Made by a program: the position numbers and the translations under genes. Under the pieces are notes generated by a model that did no database searches, was not told the origin of the DNA, and worked only from the letters and a program-made list of their open reading frames with translations. From a virus, in the IMG/VR virus record IMGVR_UViG_3300032285_000892, positions 55,149 through 119,148 of that record: a stretch of 64,000 bases of DNA, one strand, 5' to 3'. Below are positions 42,330 to 51,312 of the stretch, in pieces. Numbering within the stretch: position 1 is the stretch's first letter; each line of letters begins with the position of its first letter.

Positions 42330-42947
42330 ATGATACAAAACTTTCCTCGTCCAGTAAATCCTAAGATCAATAAACAAACTGATGATCAGATTGCTAAGGT
42401 GGGACAATTGAACCAATTGGTTAGAGACATTAACCAACTAGATGTAACATCTTCATCTCCTACAGGTATTCCATTTGATTGGTATCCACCTGCTGGATTA
42501 ACTACAGCTGGTCCTAAGTTTACATATACAGATGGCGTAGAGCTCATCTCATATCATATCAAAGGCATACAGTTAATCACTAGTCCCGATTCAGATTTCC
42601 AAGAGTATTTGTGTACATTAAATTTTACAGAAGGTGGAATGGGTAGTCCTGGTATTTTTCCAGGAAGTATTACAGGAATGTTTCAAGTAACTATAGATGG
42701 TGAGGTTATATCTACTCCATTAGCACACGCTGGAATATTAGATAATAATGGAGCCCCTTCGTCTGTATTTGAATTAAAGCTTAGTCTACTTCCTTATAAT
42801 GATAACCCTCAACCAGACGGTTCATTTAATTATGCTCTTGTAATTCATGGTAATACAGATGGTGGTGTAGTGAACGGACTAGTTTGTTATGATTATGAAT
42901 TATTAATTCCAAACTTTATTACGCCTCCAACTATTTTCCAAGACTAA
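42330..42947 (+). CDS. Putative virion protein; shares an N-terminal leader with 43275
   Basis: IAKVGQLNQLVRDIN vs LAKLANLNKLIEDIN; beta-rich C-terminus. Confidence 0.5.
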   Translation: MIQNFPRPVNPKINKQTDDQIAKVGQLNQLVRDINQLDVTSSSPTGIPFDWYPPAGLTTAGPKFTYTDGVELISYHIKGIQLITSPDSDFQEYLCTLNFTEGGMGSPGIFPGSITGMFQVTIDGEVISTPLAHAGILDNNGAPSSVFELKLSLLPYNDNPQPDGSFNYALVIHGNTDGGVVNGLVCYDYELLIPNFITPPTIFQD

Positions 42948-42948
42948 T

Positions 42949-43041
42949 ATGGCATATCCATTCAACCCAGAGAACGCTCCTGTAACAGGAACCTCTCCAC
43001 AAGTTCAAGCAATTATTCAAGCTATTAAAGATAAGAAATAA
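42949..43041 (+). CDS. 30-aa peptide (not in ORF track)
   Basis: MAYPFNPENAPVTGTSPQVQAIIQAIKDKK; tightly packed, TAATG coupling to the next ORF. Confidence 0.45.
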   Translation: MAYPFNPENAPVTGTSPQVQAIIQAIKDKK

Positions 43042-43172
43042 TGGCAAAGGCAAAAGGCTCTACAGAATCTAAGAAGATTGTGTTTGGTGTGAGACGTAAA
43101 GGTAAGCATCAAAAGACATTTGGCCCCAAAGCTACTCCTAGTAAGAAAAAGTATAGAGGACAAGGACGATAA
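43041..43172 (+). CDS. Small Lys/Arg-rich protein (43 aa; not in ORF track)
   Basis: MAKAKGSTESKK...SKKKYRGQGR; the KKYRGQG ending is common in phage basic peptides. Confidence 0.6.
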   Translation: MAKAKGSTESKKIVFGVRRKGKHQKTFGPKATPSKKKYRGQGR

Positions 43173-43174
43173 TA

Positions 43175-43209
43175 CATTAGTATAACTAACTTAGTTAGAG
43201 TTACTAATG
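43175..43209. other. Imperfect hairpin after stop codon
   Basis: CATTAGTA/TACTAATG outer stem; CTAAC/GTTAG inner stem. Confidence 0.4.
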
Positions 43210-43262
43210 CAAATCATTAATCTATATTTTAACAATCCTAACAGAGTTTGTTAAAACAATAA

Positions 43263-43270
43263 TATATTTG
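43263..43270 (+). promoter_or_regulatory. -7 promoter-like element
   Basis: TATATTTG only 4 nt before ATG 43275; no correctly spaced -33 element. Confidence 0.3.
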
Positions 43271-43274
43271 TTAT

Positions 43275-45317
43275 ATGATACCTTATTTTACACCTTCCAC
43301 AGCAAGAAGAGATATCGGTAGACTCGTAGGAGATGCTGAACTTGCAAAGCTAGCAAACCTTAATAAGCTTATTGAGGATATAAATGCTATTGTGGCAATT
43401 GGTGGAACAAGTGGTACATCAGGTGGTGGTTCAGGTGGGTCAAGTACATCTGGTACATCTGGAATAAGTGGAGGAACAGGATCTGCTGGTACTAATGGAA
43501 CTTCAGGAATAAGCGGTGGTATAGGATCTGCTGGATCTGCTGGTACAGCAGGTACATCTGGTACAAGTCCTAATCCTGGTATAGGTCCCACAGTTACATA
43601 TACTGTTGGAGGAACTCTTGAAGAAATGACTCTTGGTTTTACTTTATTTGTAAACCCTAGTGATATTCCTATTTCAAATTCTACTAAAACTGTAGCAAGT
43701 ACATACGGTGCGGTTATTAATATACCTAGTGAGAATAATACAGTTAATACGTCACTTACATCTATTAATTTTCCAGATGCAGTATTGCTTGGAAGTATTA
43801 GTATTCCAGGAAGTAGTAGTTTAAATTTAGTGGGATTTCCTGTATTAACTAAAGTACTTGGTGGACAATTTAGTATAACTGCTTACGAGAACGGAAGTCA
43901 TATTATACCTATCAATGCACCTTTATTAGACTATATTGCAGGGGATATTAATTTTTATTATGTAGAATTTGATTTTCCTTTATTAACAGGTATGGATGGG
44001 CATTTGTTTATAAAGGGCAAACCTTCTGATATTAATTTTCCTGCATTAACAAGTATTGGTGATTATGTAGAAATAAGGAATTGTGCAAGTAATTCAAGTA
44101 TTAGTTTTCCTTTAATAACTTCTCTATCTACAAAGAATGCTGGTACTGACAAACCATGTTTCTCATTAAATGACTCTACTAATGTAACTAATTTAGATTT
44201 TCCATTATTAGTTACAACTACAGCTCCGTCATATGGTTTTGGTACTAATAGTTTTCAGATTGAATATTCTAGACTAGATAGTTTAAATCTTCCATTGTTA
44301 GAATCAACTAGTAACTTTATGCTAAATCACGTTACTGGACTAACAACATTAGATCTTCCTTCATTAGTAACTTGTGGAATAGATGCAGATACATTTACAA
44401 TAGATACTTGTTCTGATTTAACTACTATCAATATACCATCGCTCATACATATAAGAGCTATGAGTATTTATTATTGTGATGCATTAACGTCATTTAGTGC
44501 ACCATTAATAGACAATGCAACTAATGGTGGTATATCTATTACAGGTTGTAACAGTTTAACTTCTGTAAGTCTTCCTAATTATACAAATGCTGGCCAACTT
44601 AATTTAGTTAACTTACCTGCTTTTACAACATTAACATTAAGTAATACACTTTGGCCAGGAAAGGTATACATGAATGGTCTTCCTAATTTTACAACAGGTA
44701 CATTTCCTAATAATTATATTACCGTAGAAATTGGTGATGATTCTGGTTCTACTGGAATAACAAATTTAAATGCTCCTAATGCTACTGATTTAATCTGGCA
44801 AGATTATAGAGGAACTAGTTATCCTACGCCTTTGATATCTGCATCAGCACCTTTAGCAACACGTATATATTTCCGTACATCTAATGAAGGTCAATCACCA
44901 ACGCTTTCAGATTTTACAAGTGTTAATTTTCCTAGCGTAACTTATTTCGAGAGGCTAAAGATACGGTACAGTCAAATAACTACAGTAGATGTTTCAACAG
45001 TTGTCACTTATGATTCAGCAAACAGTATAGAATTACATAATAATCCTTATTTAACATCAGCAATCATAGGTGTTATTGGTACATTAAAAACTATAGGGGG
45101 TTCTACTGTATATTTAAGCAATAATGCATTAACAGAAACTTGTGTAAATAATGTATTAGCATTACTAGTTAGTCTAGATGGCACAAATGGAACAACAGAA
45201 TTTGGTTCTGGCAAAACCTTAGAGTTACAAGGAGGAACTAATGCTGCTCCAACAGGACAAGGAATTTTAGATGTAGCAACACTTCAAGCAAGAGGTTGCA
45301 CAGTAACAACAAACTAA
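43275..45317 (+). CDS. LRR/receptor-L-domain-like solenoid protein with a short N-terminal Gly-X-Y segment
   Basis: About 15 GXY triplets (43401-43568); repeats LDFPLL/LNLPLL/LDLPSL/INIPSL/FSAPLI; C-terminal cap NNALT..VNNVL..GTNAAP..LQARGCTV. Confidence 0.65.
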   Translation: MIPYFTPSTARRDIGRLVGDAELAKLANLNKLIEDINAIVAIGGTSGTSGGGSGGSSTSGTSGISGGTGSAGTNGTSGISGGIGSAGSAGTAGTSGTSPNPGIGPTVTYTVGGTLEEMTLGFTLFVNPSDIPISNSTKTVASTYGAVINIPSENNTVNTSLTSINFPDAVLLGSISIPGSSSLNLVGFPVLTKVLGGQFSITAYENGSHIIPINAPLLDYIAGDINFYYVEFDFPLLTGMDGHLFIKGKPSDINFPALTSIGDYVEIRNCASNSSISFPLITSLSTKNAGTDKPCFSLNDSTNVTNLDFPLLVTTTAPSYGFGTNSFQIEYSRLDSLNLPLLESTSNFMLNHVTGLTTLDLPSLVTCGIDADTFTIDTCSDLTTINIPSLIHIRAMSIYYCDALTSFSAPLIDNATNGGISITGCNSLTSVSLPNYTNAGQLNLVNLPAFTTLTLSNTLWPGKVYMNGLPNFTTGTFPNNYITVEIGDDSGSTGITNLNAPNATDLIWQDYRGTSYPTPLISASAPLATRIYFRTSNEGQSPTLSDFTSVNFPSVTYFERLKIRYSQITTVDVSTVVTYDSANSIELHNNPYLTSAIIGVIGTLKTIGGSTVYLSNNALTETCVNNVLALLVSLDGTNGTTEFGSGKTLELQGGTNAAPTGQGILDVATLQARGCTVTTN

Positions 45318-45329
45318 TTAATTAATAAC

Positions 45330-45848
45330 ATGGCTATACCATCTAAACAAACAGGTTGGGGAACAGAAGAAAATCTGTTGTGGCAGATCTCTAAACAATT
45401 GGAAGGTCTGACAGGCGTTGCAGCTAACATTGCTGGATATGTTCCTCCTGTTGCGCAATCATTTAATCCAGGGTTTACAGATGTTTCTGGAACATTAGCT
45501 GGTGTTACAGCAACCGCGTCATACACTATGATAACACCAAAGATTTGCTATTTTAGAATATACGTAGACTTTTCTGGTTGTACAAACTTTGGTACCTTAC
45601 AGTATCAATTTACCTTACCTTTTCCATCTGCTCAAACAATGCGTCAAGCTGATGGTTCATTACATCAAGTAACAGGATCTGCATTATATCACGTTGCTGG
45701 TATAACAGATATAGCAGTTAGTACAACTATTCATAAATTATATTACTCAGGAAGTACAACAGATCTAGCTTGGAAGTATAATACACCAGTGGGTGCTACA
45801 ACTGTAACTAGTCATTTTGATCTTTCAGGTACATACGAAATCGCTTAA
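45330..45848 (+). CDS. Putative virion protein (leader A + beta domain)
   Basis: MAIPSKQ.G...LLWQISKQLE leader shared with the next gene; YFRIYVDF..YQFTLPF fibre-tip-like beta domain. Confidence 0.55.
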   Translation: MAIPSKQTGWGTEENLLWQISKQLEGLTGVAANIAGYVPPVAQSFNPGFTDVSGTLAGVTATASYTMITPKICYFRIYVDFSGCTNFGTLQYQFTLPFPSAQTMRQADGSLHQVTGSALYHVAGITDIAVSTTIHKLYYSGSTTDLAWKYNTPVGATTVTSHFDLSGTYEIA

Positions 45849-45852
45849 TAAC

Positions 45853-46245
45853 ATGGCTATACCTTCAAAACAGATAGGGCAACCGTCTAGTACTAAAGCA
45901 GGATTACTCTGGCAGATCTCTAAGCAATTAGAAAGATTAACACGTGTATTATATAATGTTAATTATTCTGTTACTGCAAATAGTCAATCATTATCTTTCC
46001 CTATAAACTACACAAGTCTAATTACTAGGTGTAACGGAAGTAATGTAGGAAATTATATATATACAAGTGTGCCTGTTAATAATATATCTGAGGTAGTAAC
46101 ATTGTTTAATAACAATTTAGAAGCTCGGTTATTAGGAACATATAGTGCATTAGGAGAAGATGTCTTAGTGTTAACTACTACACCTACTATTAAAAATGCA
46201 CTTTGTCCTACAGGAGTATTATCATTATATGTGTTTAATGATTAA
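45853..46245 (+). CDS. Putative virion protein (leader A + domain Y)
   Basis: Start ATG 45853, MAIPSKQIG..LLWQISKQLE; C-domain resembles that of 47297. Confidence 0.55.
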   Translation: MAIPSKQIGQPSSTKAGLLWQISKQLERLTRVLYNVNYSVTANSQSLSFPINYTSLITRCNGSNVGNYIYTSVPVNNISEVVTLFNNNLEARLLGTYSALGEDVLVLTTTPTIKNALCPTGVLSLYVFND

Positions 46246-46274
46246 GAATTAAAAAAACCAACAACTAACTACAT

Positions 46275-47291
46275 ATGAGGGAATTAAAGTTTATCTGTGC
46301 ACAGCCAGATGATACGTATTATACGTGGCAGGTGCATTTATGGATTGAGAGTCTTAGAAATATAGGACACTCAGACAAAGCAATCGTTCTTATCTTTATT
46401 CCTAACTTCAGGGAGAAGAATGAGAAATGGCAACAGGTAATAGATCTATATCCAGAAACAGAATTTGTATTCTATAAGGATGTAGATGGTGTAAGTAATA
46501 AGCTAGGAGTTTACATTCCTGTTCTTAGGCCGTATGTGCTGATGAGATACTTCTACGAACATCCAGAGATGAAAGAGAAAGCAGTATTCTATTGCGACTC
46601 TGACGTAGTCTTTACAGATAAATTTAATGTTGATACATTTATTGATGATGATGTAAATTATTTATCAGATACAAACAGTTACATCAACGCCTCATATTTT
46701 GATAGTAAAATTCATCAAGTGCTTCCTGATAAGTTGGAAGCATATAAAAAGATAGATGTTCTAGCACAAGCTACAGAGATGTGTGATATCACACGCCAAA
46801 TAGCAGAAGCAAACAACGATCATTCTGGTGGTGCTCAGTATTTGTTAAAGAACATTGATGGAGCATTCTGGGAAAAAGTATTAAGAGATTGTATTTCAAT
46901 ACGTACGTATTTACAAAACATCAATCGTTTATACTTCAAAGATGAGAATAGTGGTTTCCAGAGTTGGTGTGCAGACATGTGGGCAGTTTTATGGGCTCTT
47001 TGGTTTAGAGGTGCTGAAACGAAGAATATTCCTGAGTTGGAATTCTCGTGGAGCTCAGATCCTATTGACAAAGTCCACAGGTTAGGTATTCTACACAATG
47101 CAGGAATAGTTAGTAATGACATGGGTGATTACCCAGCATTCTACAAAGGACATTATCACATGGGTAAAGATCCTATGTTAGACGCTCATTTAGAATATGT
47201 CTATAATGATGATAGAGCAAAACAAAAAGGAACACATTATTACGTTGAACAATTAATTAAATTAAAACAAAAGTATAAATTAAACTATTAA
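46275..47291 (+). CDS. GT-A glycosyltransferase resembling HPAT/SERGT (GT95/GT96) peptide O-glycosyltransferases
   Basis: N-terminal D.YY.WQ..L; VFYCDSDVVF (DxD); GGAQY; WCADMWAVLWAL; C-terminal HNAG. Confidence 0.55.
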   Translation: MRELKFICAQPDDTYYTWQVHLWIESLRNIGHSDKAIVLIFIPNFREKNEKWQQVIDLYPETEFVFYKDVDGVSNKLGVYIPVLRPYVLMRYFYEHPEMKEKAVFYCDSDVVFTDKFNVDTFIDDDVNYLSDTNSYINASYFDSKIHQVLPDKLEAYKKIDVLAQATEMCDITRQIAEANNDHSGGAQYLLKNIDGAFWEKVLRDCISIRTYLQNINRLYFKDENSGFQSWCADMWAVLWALWFRGAETKNIPELEFSWSSDPIDKVHRLGILHNAGIVSNDMGDYPAFYKGHYHMGKDPMLDAHLEYVYNDDRAKQKGTHYYVEQLIKLKQKYKLNY

Positions 47292-47296
47292 CAAAA

Positions 47297-47794
47297 ATGG
47301 CAAATCAGAAGAAATTAAAAGCATTTGTTCGCTTCGATGGAAGCGGAAGAGTTGTCTCAGACAGCCTTATTCTGAGAAAGAATAAACCTAAAGTGGGTAG
47401 ATGGCAAGAGATACAAGGGTATGCGTGTTGCAATGGCGTTACACTTACTACTACAGTAGCTACTACTATTACTAACTTCCAAGTTAAGTTGTTCTGTGGA
47501 GGAACATTAACTGAAACATTAATTTCAGGACAAAACTCTTCATCAGTAGCAGATTTAGTTACTAAGTTGAATGCAACCTATTCTTTATTAGGAGTATTCT
47601 CTACAACAGGTGGAACAAATCTTACACTTGTAATGACAGGTTCTCAAGTTCAGGCTATTTGCCCTAACTCAGCTCCAACATTTACAGTTACAGCAGTTCC
47701 TCCAGTTACTACAACTACTACAACAACTAGAGCTACTACGACTACAACTACAACTAGGGCTGCTACAACCACAACTACTACAACTATAGTATAA
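47297..47794 (+). CDS. Putative virion protein with mucin-like Thr tail
   Basis: C-terminus PPV-T7-RA-T7-RAA-T7-IV; domain Y; N-terminal KAFVRFDGSGRVV..CCN. Confidence 0.65.
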   Translation: MANQKKLKAFVRFDGSGRVVSDSLILRKNKPKVGRWQEIQGYACCNGVTLTTTVATTITNFQVKLFCGGTLTETLISGQNSSSVADLVTKLNATYSLLGVFSTTGGTNLTLVMTGSQVQAICPNSAPTFTVTAVPPVTTTTTTTRATTTTTTTRAATTTTTTTIV

Positions 47795-48213
47795 TGGCTA
47801 AGTCACTATTTCCAGAAGAAATGTTAGAAGCTAAAAGCAATAGTCTCACACTAGAGACTATTGCTGGAAAGCTATCTTACTTCTATGAAGAATTACATCT
47901 GTTACATTTTCAAACTACATCATATGCTGAGCATCAAGCTCTAGGTATTATATATGATAAGGTGGGAGATTTTCAAGATGAAATTATTGAGAAGATCATG
48001 GGCTATTCAGGTAAGAGAGTTAGAGCATACAGAATTGATGCTTTAAAAGATTACTCTGGAGGTATGCCAAATCAAGTGGTAAAAGAACTAGTAGCTTTTG
48101 CTAAAGATCTTGAAGAGTTTGGAGAAGCTAATAACATGCCAGATATAGAAAACATTGCTCAATCCTTATCAGGAGAAGCGGCACAAACTTTATATCGCTT
48201 AACCTTGTCTTAA
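47794..48213 (+). CDS. Ferritin/Dps-like four-helix protein (DUF5856-like)
   Basis: LHLLHFQTTSYAEHQALG..YD....QDEIIEKIMG. Confidence 0.65.
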   Translation: MAKSLFPEEMLEAKSNSLTLETIAGKLSYFYEELHLLHFQTTSYAEHQALGIIYDKVGDFQDEIIEKIMGYSGKRVRAYRIDALKDYSGGMPNQVVKELVAFAKDLEEFGEANNMPDIENIAQSLSGEAAQTLYRLTLS

Positions 48214-48497
48214 TGCAAGTAGAGAAGAGATTCTTTCCCAAAATAATGTCAGATAACGATGAGATATATTTCTCACATCTTGAAGGCATTATAGATAGCG
48301 TTGATGAGCTATCCACCATGGAGGTGGTAAAACATCCTAAACACTATTCATTCAGGATTGCACCTTCTCTACCTAAATATACAAACATGTTAATAGAGGA
48401 GCTTTTTAAGTTCCATAATAGATTTCACATTAAACTAAACATGTCCAAGAGCATTAAAACAAATGCTGTTATTTCTTTTGAAATAACAATGGGATAA
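48213..48497 (+). CDS. Hypothetical protein
   Basis: 94 aa, TAATG-coupled. Confidence 0.6.
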   Translation: MQVEKRFFPKIMSDNDEIYFSHLEGIIDSVDELSTMEVVKHPKHYSFRIAPSLPKYTNMLIEELFKFHNRFHIKLNMSKSIKTNAVISFEITMG

Positions 48498-48507
48498 TTT
48501 ATATTTG
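48477..48507 (+). promoter_or_regulatory. Bacteroidota-type promoter
   Basis: TTTG(48477-80)-N19-TATATTTG(48500-07); ATG at 48532. Confidence 0.7.
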
Positions 48508-48531
48508 TAACAAACCAAAATAATTACAATC

Positions 48532-48795
48532 ATGCAAATAGTTAAAGACGAGGAACAAACCTCAGCAACAGAAGTACCTCAATACGATCCTAGAAAGAAA
48601 TACACCTGGTCTCCAGACACACAGTTTGTACTTTCTGGAAATGAATTCGGTATATTATTAAACTCATTACGTCAAATTGTTTCTACAAGAGAAGCACAGG
48701 CTATCTTAAGAGCAGCTGATGCAGCTGATGTCATAGAAAACCTAATGTCACAAGGTGTAGCAAACGGAGATATTTTAGAACACCCAGAACAATAA
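48532..48795 (+). CDS. Hypothetical acidic protein
   Basis: 87 aa with its own promoter. Confidence 0.6.
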   Translation: MQIVKDEEQTSATEVPQYDPRKKYTWSPDTQFVLSGNEFGILLNSLRQIVSTREAQAILRAADAADVIENLMSQGVANGDILEHPEQ

Positions 48796-48800
48796 ATAAA

Positions 48801-48986
48801 ATGGCAACAGCAAAGAAATCAGGAGGAAGCTTAACAGGAATGAAAGCTTCTGACAAACGTGTAGGACCTGTAGATCCTAAAGGTGCTTGGACAAAAGTTC
48901 AAGAGAAGACTTTAGCTGGTGCTAAAGGTAAAGCTACATTAAAAAAAGATAAGCAACTTGGTGCTACCAAGATGGGCAAGAAGTAA
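48801..48986 (+). CDS. Small Lys-rich protein
   Basis: 61 aa, MATAKKSGG...MGKK. Confidence 0.6.
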   Translation: MATAKKSGGSLTGMKASDKRVGPVDPKGAWTKVQEKTLAGAKGKATLKKDKQLGATKMGKK

Positions 48987-49186
48987 TGATCTTCGAACCT
49001 GCTAACAGAATAGATGTCATCACTCCTAAAGGTGATGGCATCATTTGGTTAGTTACAGAGTACGGTCACGAAACAGACACAATTTATACCATTATCATTA
49101 ATGCCACTGGGGAGCTCTGGCAATTTACTCATAAAGATATTATAGTAAAACCCAACTTAACATTCAGAAGAAATGGCAAAGGATAA
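48986..49186 (+). CDS. Hypothetical protein
   Basis: 66 aa, TAATG-coupled, beta-rich. Confidence 0.6.
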   Translation: MIFEPANRIDVITPKGDGIIWLVTEYGHETDTIYTIIINATGELWQFTHKDIIVKPNLTFRRNGKG

Positions 49187-49325
49187 GAATTGGATTCAAA
49201 AGGCAGTAAACCCAAAACATAAGGGCTTCTGTACTCCTATGACTAAAGCTACATGCACTCCAAAACGCAAGGCATTAGCTAAAACTTTTAAAGCAATGGG
49301 CAGAGCTCGTAAAGCTGGTAAATAA
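49173..49325 (+). CDS. Small basic protein (50 aa; not in ORF track)
   Basis: MAKDKNWIQKAVNPKHKGFCTPMTKATCTPKRKALAKTFKAMGRARKAGK. Confidence 0.65.
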   Translation: MAKDKNWIQKAVNPKHKGFCTPMTKATCTPKRKALAKTFKAMGRARKAGK

Positions 49326-49326
49326 A

Positions 49327-49653
49327 ATGGCTATCACACCTGTACCTAATGGACATCTCATCAAGAAAGATGGAACATCATTAAAGAATGGTGGCAAGCT
49401 AAAGGCTATTGTTAAAGCTGGTGGTCAAACACATAAGGTATTTAAAAAGAAAGTTGATAGGGGCATAGGAGATAAGGGAGATATAGTATTAGATCACATA
49501 GGTGGTCCTTCTGCAGGTAAGTGGGATAAGATTAATCTCACAAACATGTCAAAAGCTAAAACTGTTAAACAAGGTGTTGCTTCTGTAAAGAAGTGGCACA
49601 AAAATCATCCTGAATATGGCAAAAAGTCCAGCATGGCAAAGAAAGGAAGGTAA
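49327..49653 (+). CDS. Basic hypothetical protein
   Basis: 108 aa, Lys-rich. Confidence 0.6.
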   Translation: MAITPVPNGHLIKKDGTSLKNGGKLKAIVKAGGQTHKVFKKKVDRGIGDKGDIVLDHIGGPSAGKWDKINLTNMSKAKTVKQGVASVKKWHKNHPEYGKKSSMAKKGR

Positions 49654-49861
49654 AAGTCCTTCTGGTGGCCTAAACGCAAAAGGACGTGCATCCCTTAAGG
49701 CTGCAGGTCACGACATTAAAGCCCCTCAACCTGGTGGAGGTCCTCGCAAGAAATCATTCTGTGCTAGGATGTCAGGTATGAAGAAGAAACTAACTAGCTC
49801 TAAGACAGCTAACGATCCTAATTCACGTATCAATAAATCACTTAGAAAATGGAAATGCTAA
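49616..49861 (+). CDS. Small basic phage protein (DUF6321-like)
   Basis: AWQRKEGK.PSGGLNAKGRAS..RKKSFCARMSG..DPNSRINKSLRKWKC. Confidence 0.7.
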   Translation: MAKSPAWQRKEGKSPSGGLNAKGRASLKAAGHDIKAPQPGGGPRKKSFCARMSGMKKKLTSSKTANDPNSRINKSLRKWKC

Positions 49862-49995
49862 AACGTAAAGACGGTTCTACATCTAAACGTGGATTGTGGG
49901 ATAATATCCGTGCTAACAAAGGTTCAGGTAAGAAGCCTACAGCTGCTATGTTAAAGCAGGAGAAAAAGATTAAAGCTCAAACTAAGAAGAAGTAA
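49855..49995 (+). CDS. Small basic protein (46 aa; not in ORF track)
   Basis: MLKRKDGSTSKRGLWDNIRANKGSGKKPTAAMLKQEKKIKAQTKKK. Confidence 0.65.
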   Translation: MLKRKDGSTSKRGLWDNIRANKGSGKKPTAAMLKQEKKIKAQTKKK

Positions 49996-50005
49996 AATAT
50001 ATTAA

Positions 50006-50692
50006 ATGGAACTTAAAAAAGTTCATATAGCTACTGCAAATTTTGGTAGACCAAACGCAGCTGATGTTGTAAATATGGTTGAACAAGATACAGAACACAG
50101 TATAACTACCATTGCATATACAGATAGTAATTCTAAATATAGTCGTGAGTTAGCACTACATCCTAGATTAAAGGGTAAAATCCCTAGAATGTTAGAATGG
50201 ATGAATATTGATGCTGATTTCTACATATGGATGGATTCAAATTTTAAAATAACTTCTCCTTTATTCATTGAAGAAATGATTAAGGCGCTTGGTAATTATG
50301 ATATTTGTTTACATCCTCATGAACATAGAAGTTCTATTTTAGAAGAAGGAAAATTTGTACATCATCATCTTATAAATAATGAAGATGAGTTTGCTCATAA
50401 GTATTTAGTTGATAGATATAAAGGAGAGCCAATAATGGATCAAGTAGAGTCATATTTACTTGATGACTCTTTTCAAGATTTAAATTTGTTTTCTACAGGA
50501 TTTTTTATCTTTAACAAAAGGATTATAGAGAACAAGAATTATAATTTAATGACGGATTGGTTCTTTCATAACTGTTACTGGACAGTGCAAGATCAATTAT
50601 CACTTCCGTATTTATTACATAAGCATAATATTAACTATACAACTTTTCCGTATAATGTTTATAGTAATCCATACGCACAGTATGTTTGGTAA
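50006..50692 (+). CDS. DUF616/TOD1-MUCI70-like glycosyltransferase domain protein
   Basis: KIPR, YIWMDSNF, HPH.HRSSILEE, QDQLSLPYLL. Confidence 0.7.
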   Translation: MELKKVHIATANFGRPNAADVVNMVEQDTEHSITTIAYTDSNSKYSRELALHPRLKGKIPRMLEWMNIDADFYIWMDSNFKITSPLFIEEMIKALGNYDICLHPHEHRSSILEEGKFVHHHLINNEDEFAHKYLVDRYKGEPIMDQVESYLLDDSFQDLNLFSTGFFIFNKRIIENKNYNLMTDWFFHNCYWTVQDQLSLPYLLHKHNINYTTFPYNVYSNPYAQYVW

Positions 50693-50722
50693 ATAAAATT
50701 ATTAACTTTAAAAAAAATAACA

Positions 50723-51085
50723 ATGGCAAAGATGATGAAAAAAGCTGCACTAGGTGCAATGATGAAACCTAAACCTAAAGGTAAAGGATTACCTCCAGCA
50801 GGTCAACAACGTCCTGTAGACTTTGAACCTAAGTCTAAATATCCTGTTACAAAAAATGGTGGGGATAACTACGATGAGACCATCAAGCTTGACAAAGAGC
50901 GTAAAGCAAAAGGTATTATGAAAATGGGTGGTAAATTAAAGAAAGCTAAAGCTGGTGGAAGTTTTCCAGACCTTAATAAAGATGGTAAAATCTCTCAAGC
51001 TGATGTTTTAATAGGAAAAGGTGTTCTTCCTAAAAAGGCTAAGTCTGGTGCTTCTATGAAAAAATGTAAATATGGCTGCCACTAA
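50723..51085 (+). CDS. Lys/Met-rich basic protein with EF-hand-like loop
   Basis: DLNKDGKISQADV motif; KKAKAGG/KKAKSG repeats. Confidence 0.6.
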   Translation: MAKMMKKAALGAMMKPKPKGKGLPPAGQQRPVDFEPKSKYPVTKNGGDNYDETIKLDKERKAKGIMKMGGKLKKAKAGGSFPDLNKDGKISQADVLIGKGVLPKKAKSGASMKKCKYGCH

Positions 51086-51242
51086 AAAGAAAAAGCCTGT
51101 GCTAAAAATGCACAAGCCTGCAAAAGCTCCTAAGATATCTCCTCCTAAACCAGCTGATGCTAATTTTATGAGGGAAGCTGACGTGCCTTCAAGATTAAAA
51201 AGCCCTATGCTTCCTATGAAGCAAAAAAGATTAAGTAAATAA
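51072..51242 (+). CDS. Small Lys/Pro-rich protein (56 aa; not in ORF track)
   Basis: MAATKKKKPVLKMHKPAKAPK...KQKRLSK. Confidence 0.6.
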   Translation: MAATKKKKPVLKMHKPAKAPKISPPKPADANFMREADVPSRLKSPMLPMKQKRLSK

Positions 51243-51279
51243 TTTGTTCATTTCATAATTGTGATTCATTTCGTTAAGT

Positions 51280-51312
51280 AAAAAGGAGACCATTGGCCTC
51301 CTTTTTCTTTTT
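51280..51312. terminator. Bidirectional intrinsic terminator between convergent blocks
   Basis: AAAAAGGAG-a-CC-att-GG-c-CTCCTTTTT with T/A tracts on both sides. Confidence 0.75.
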
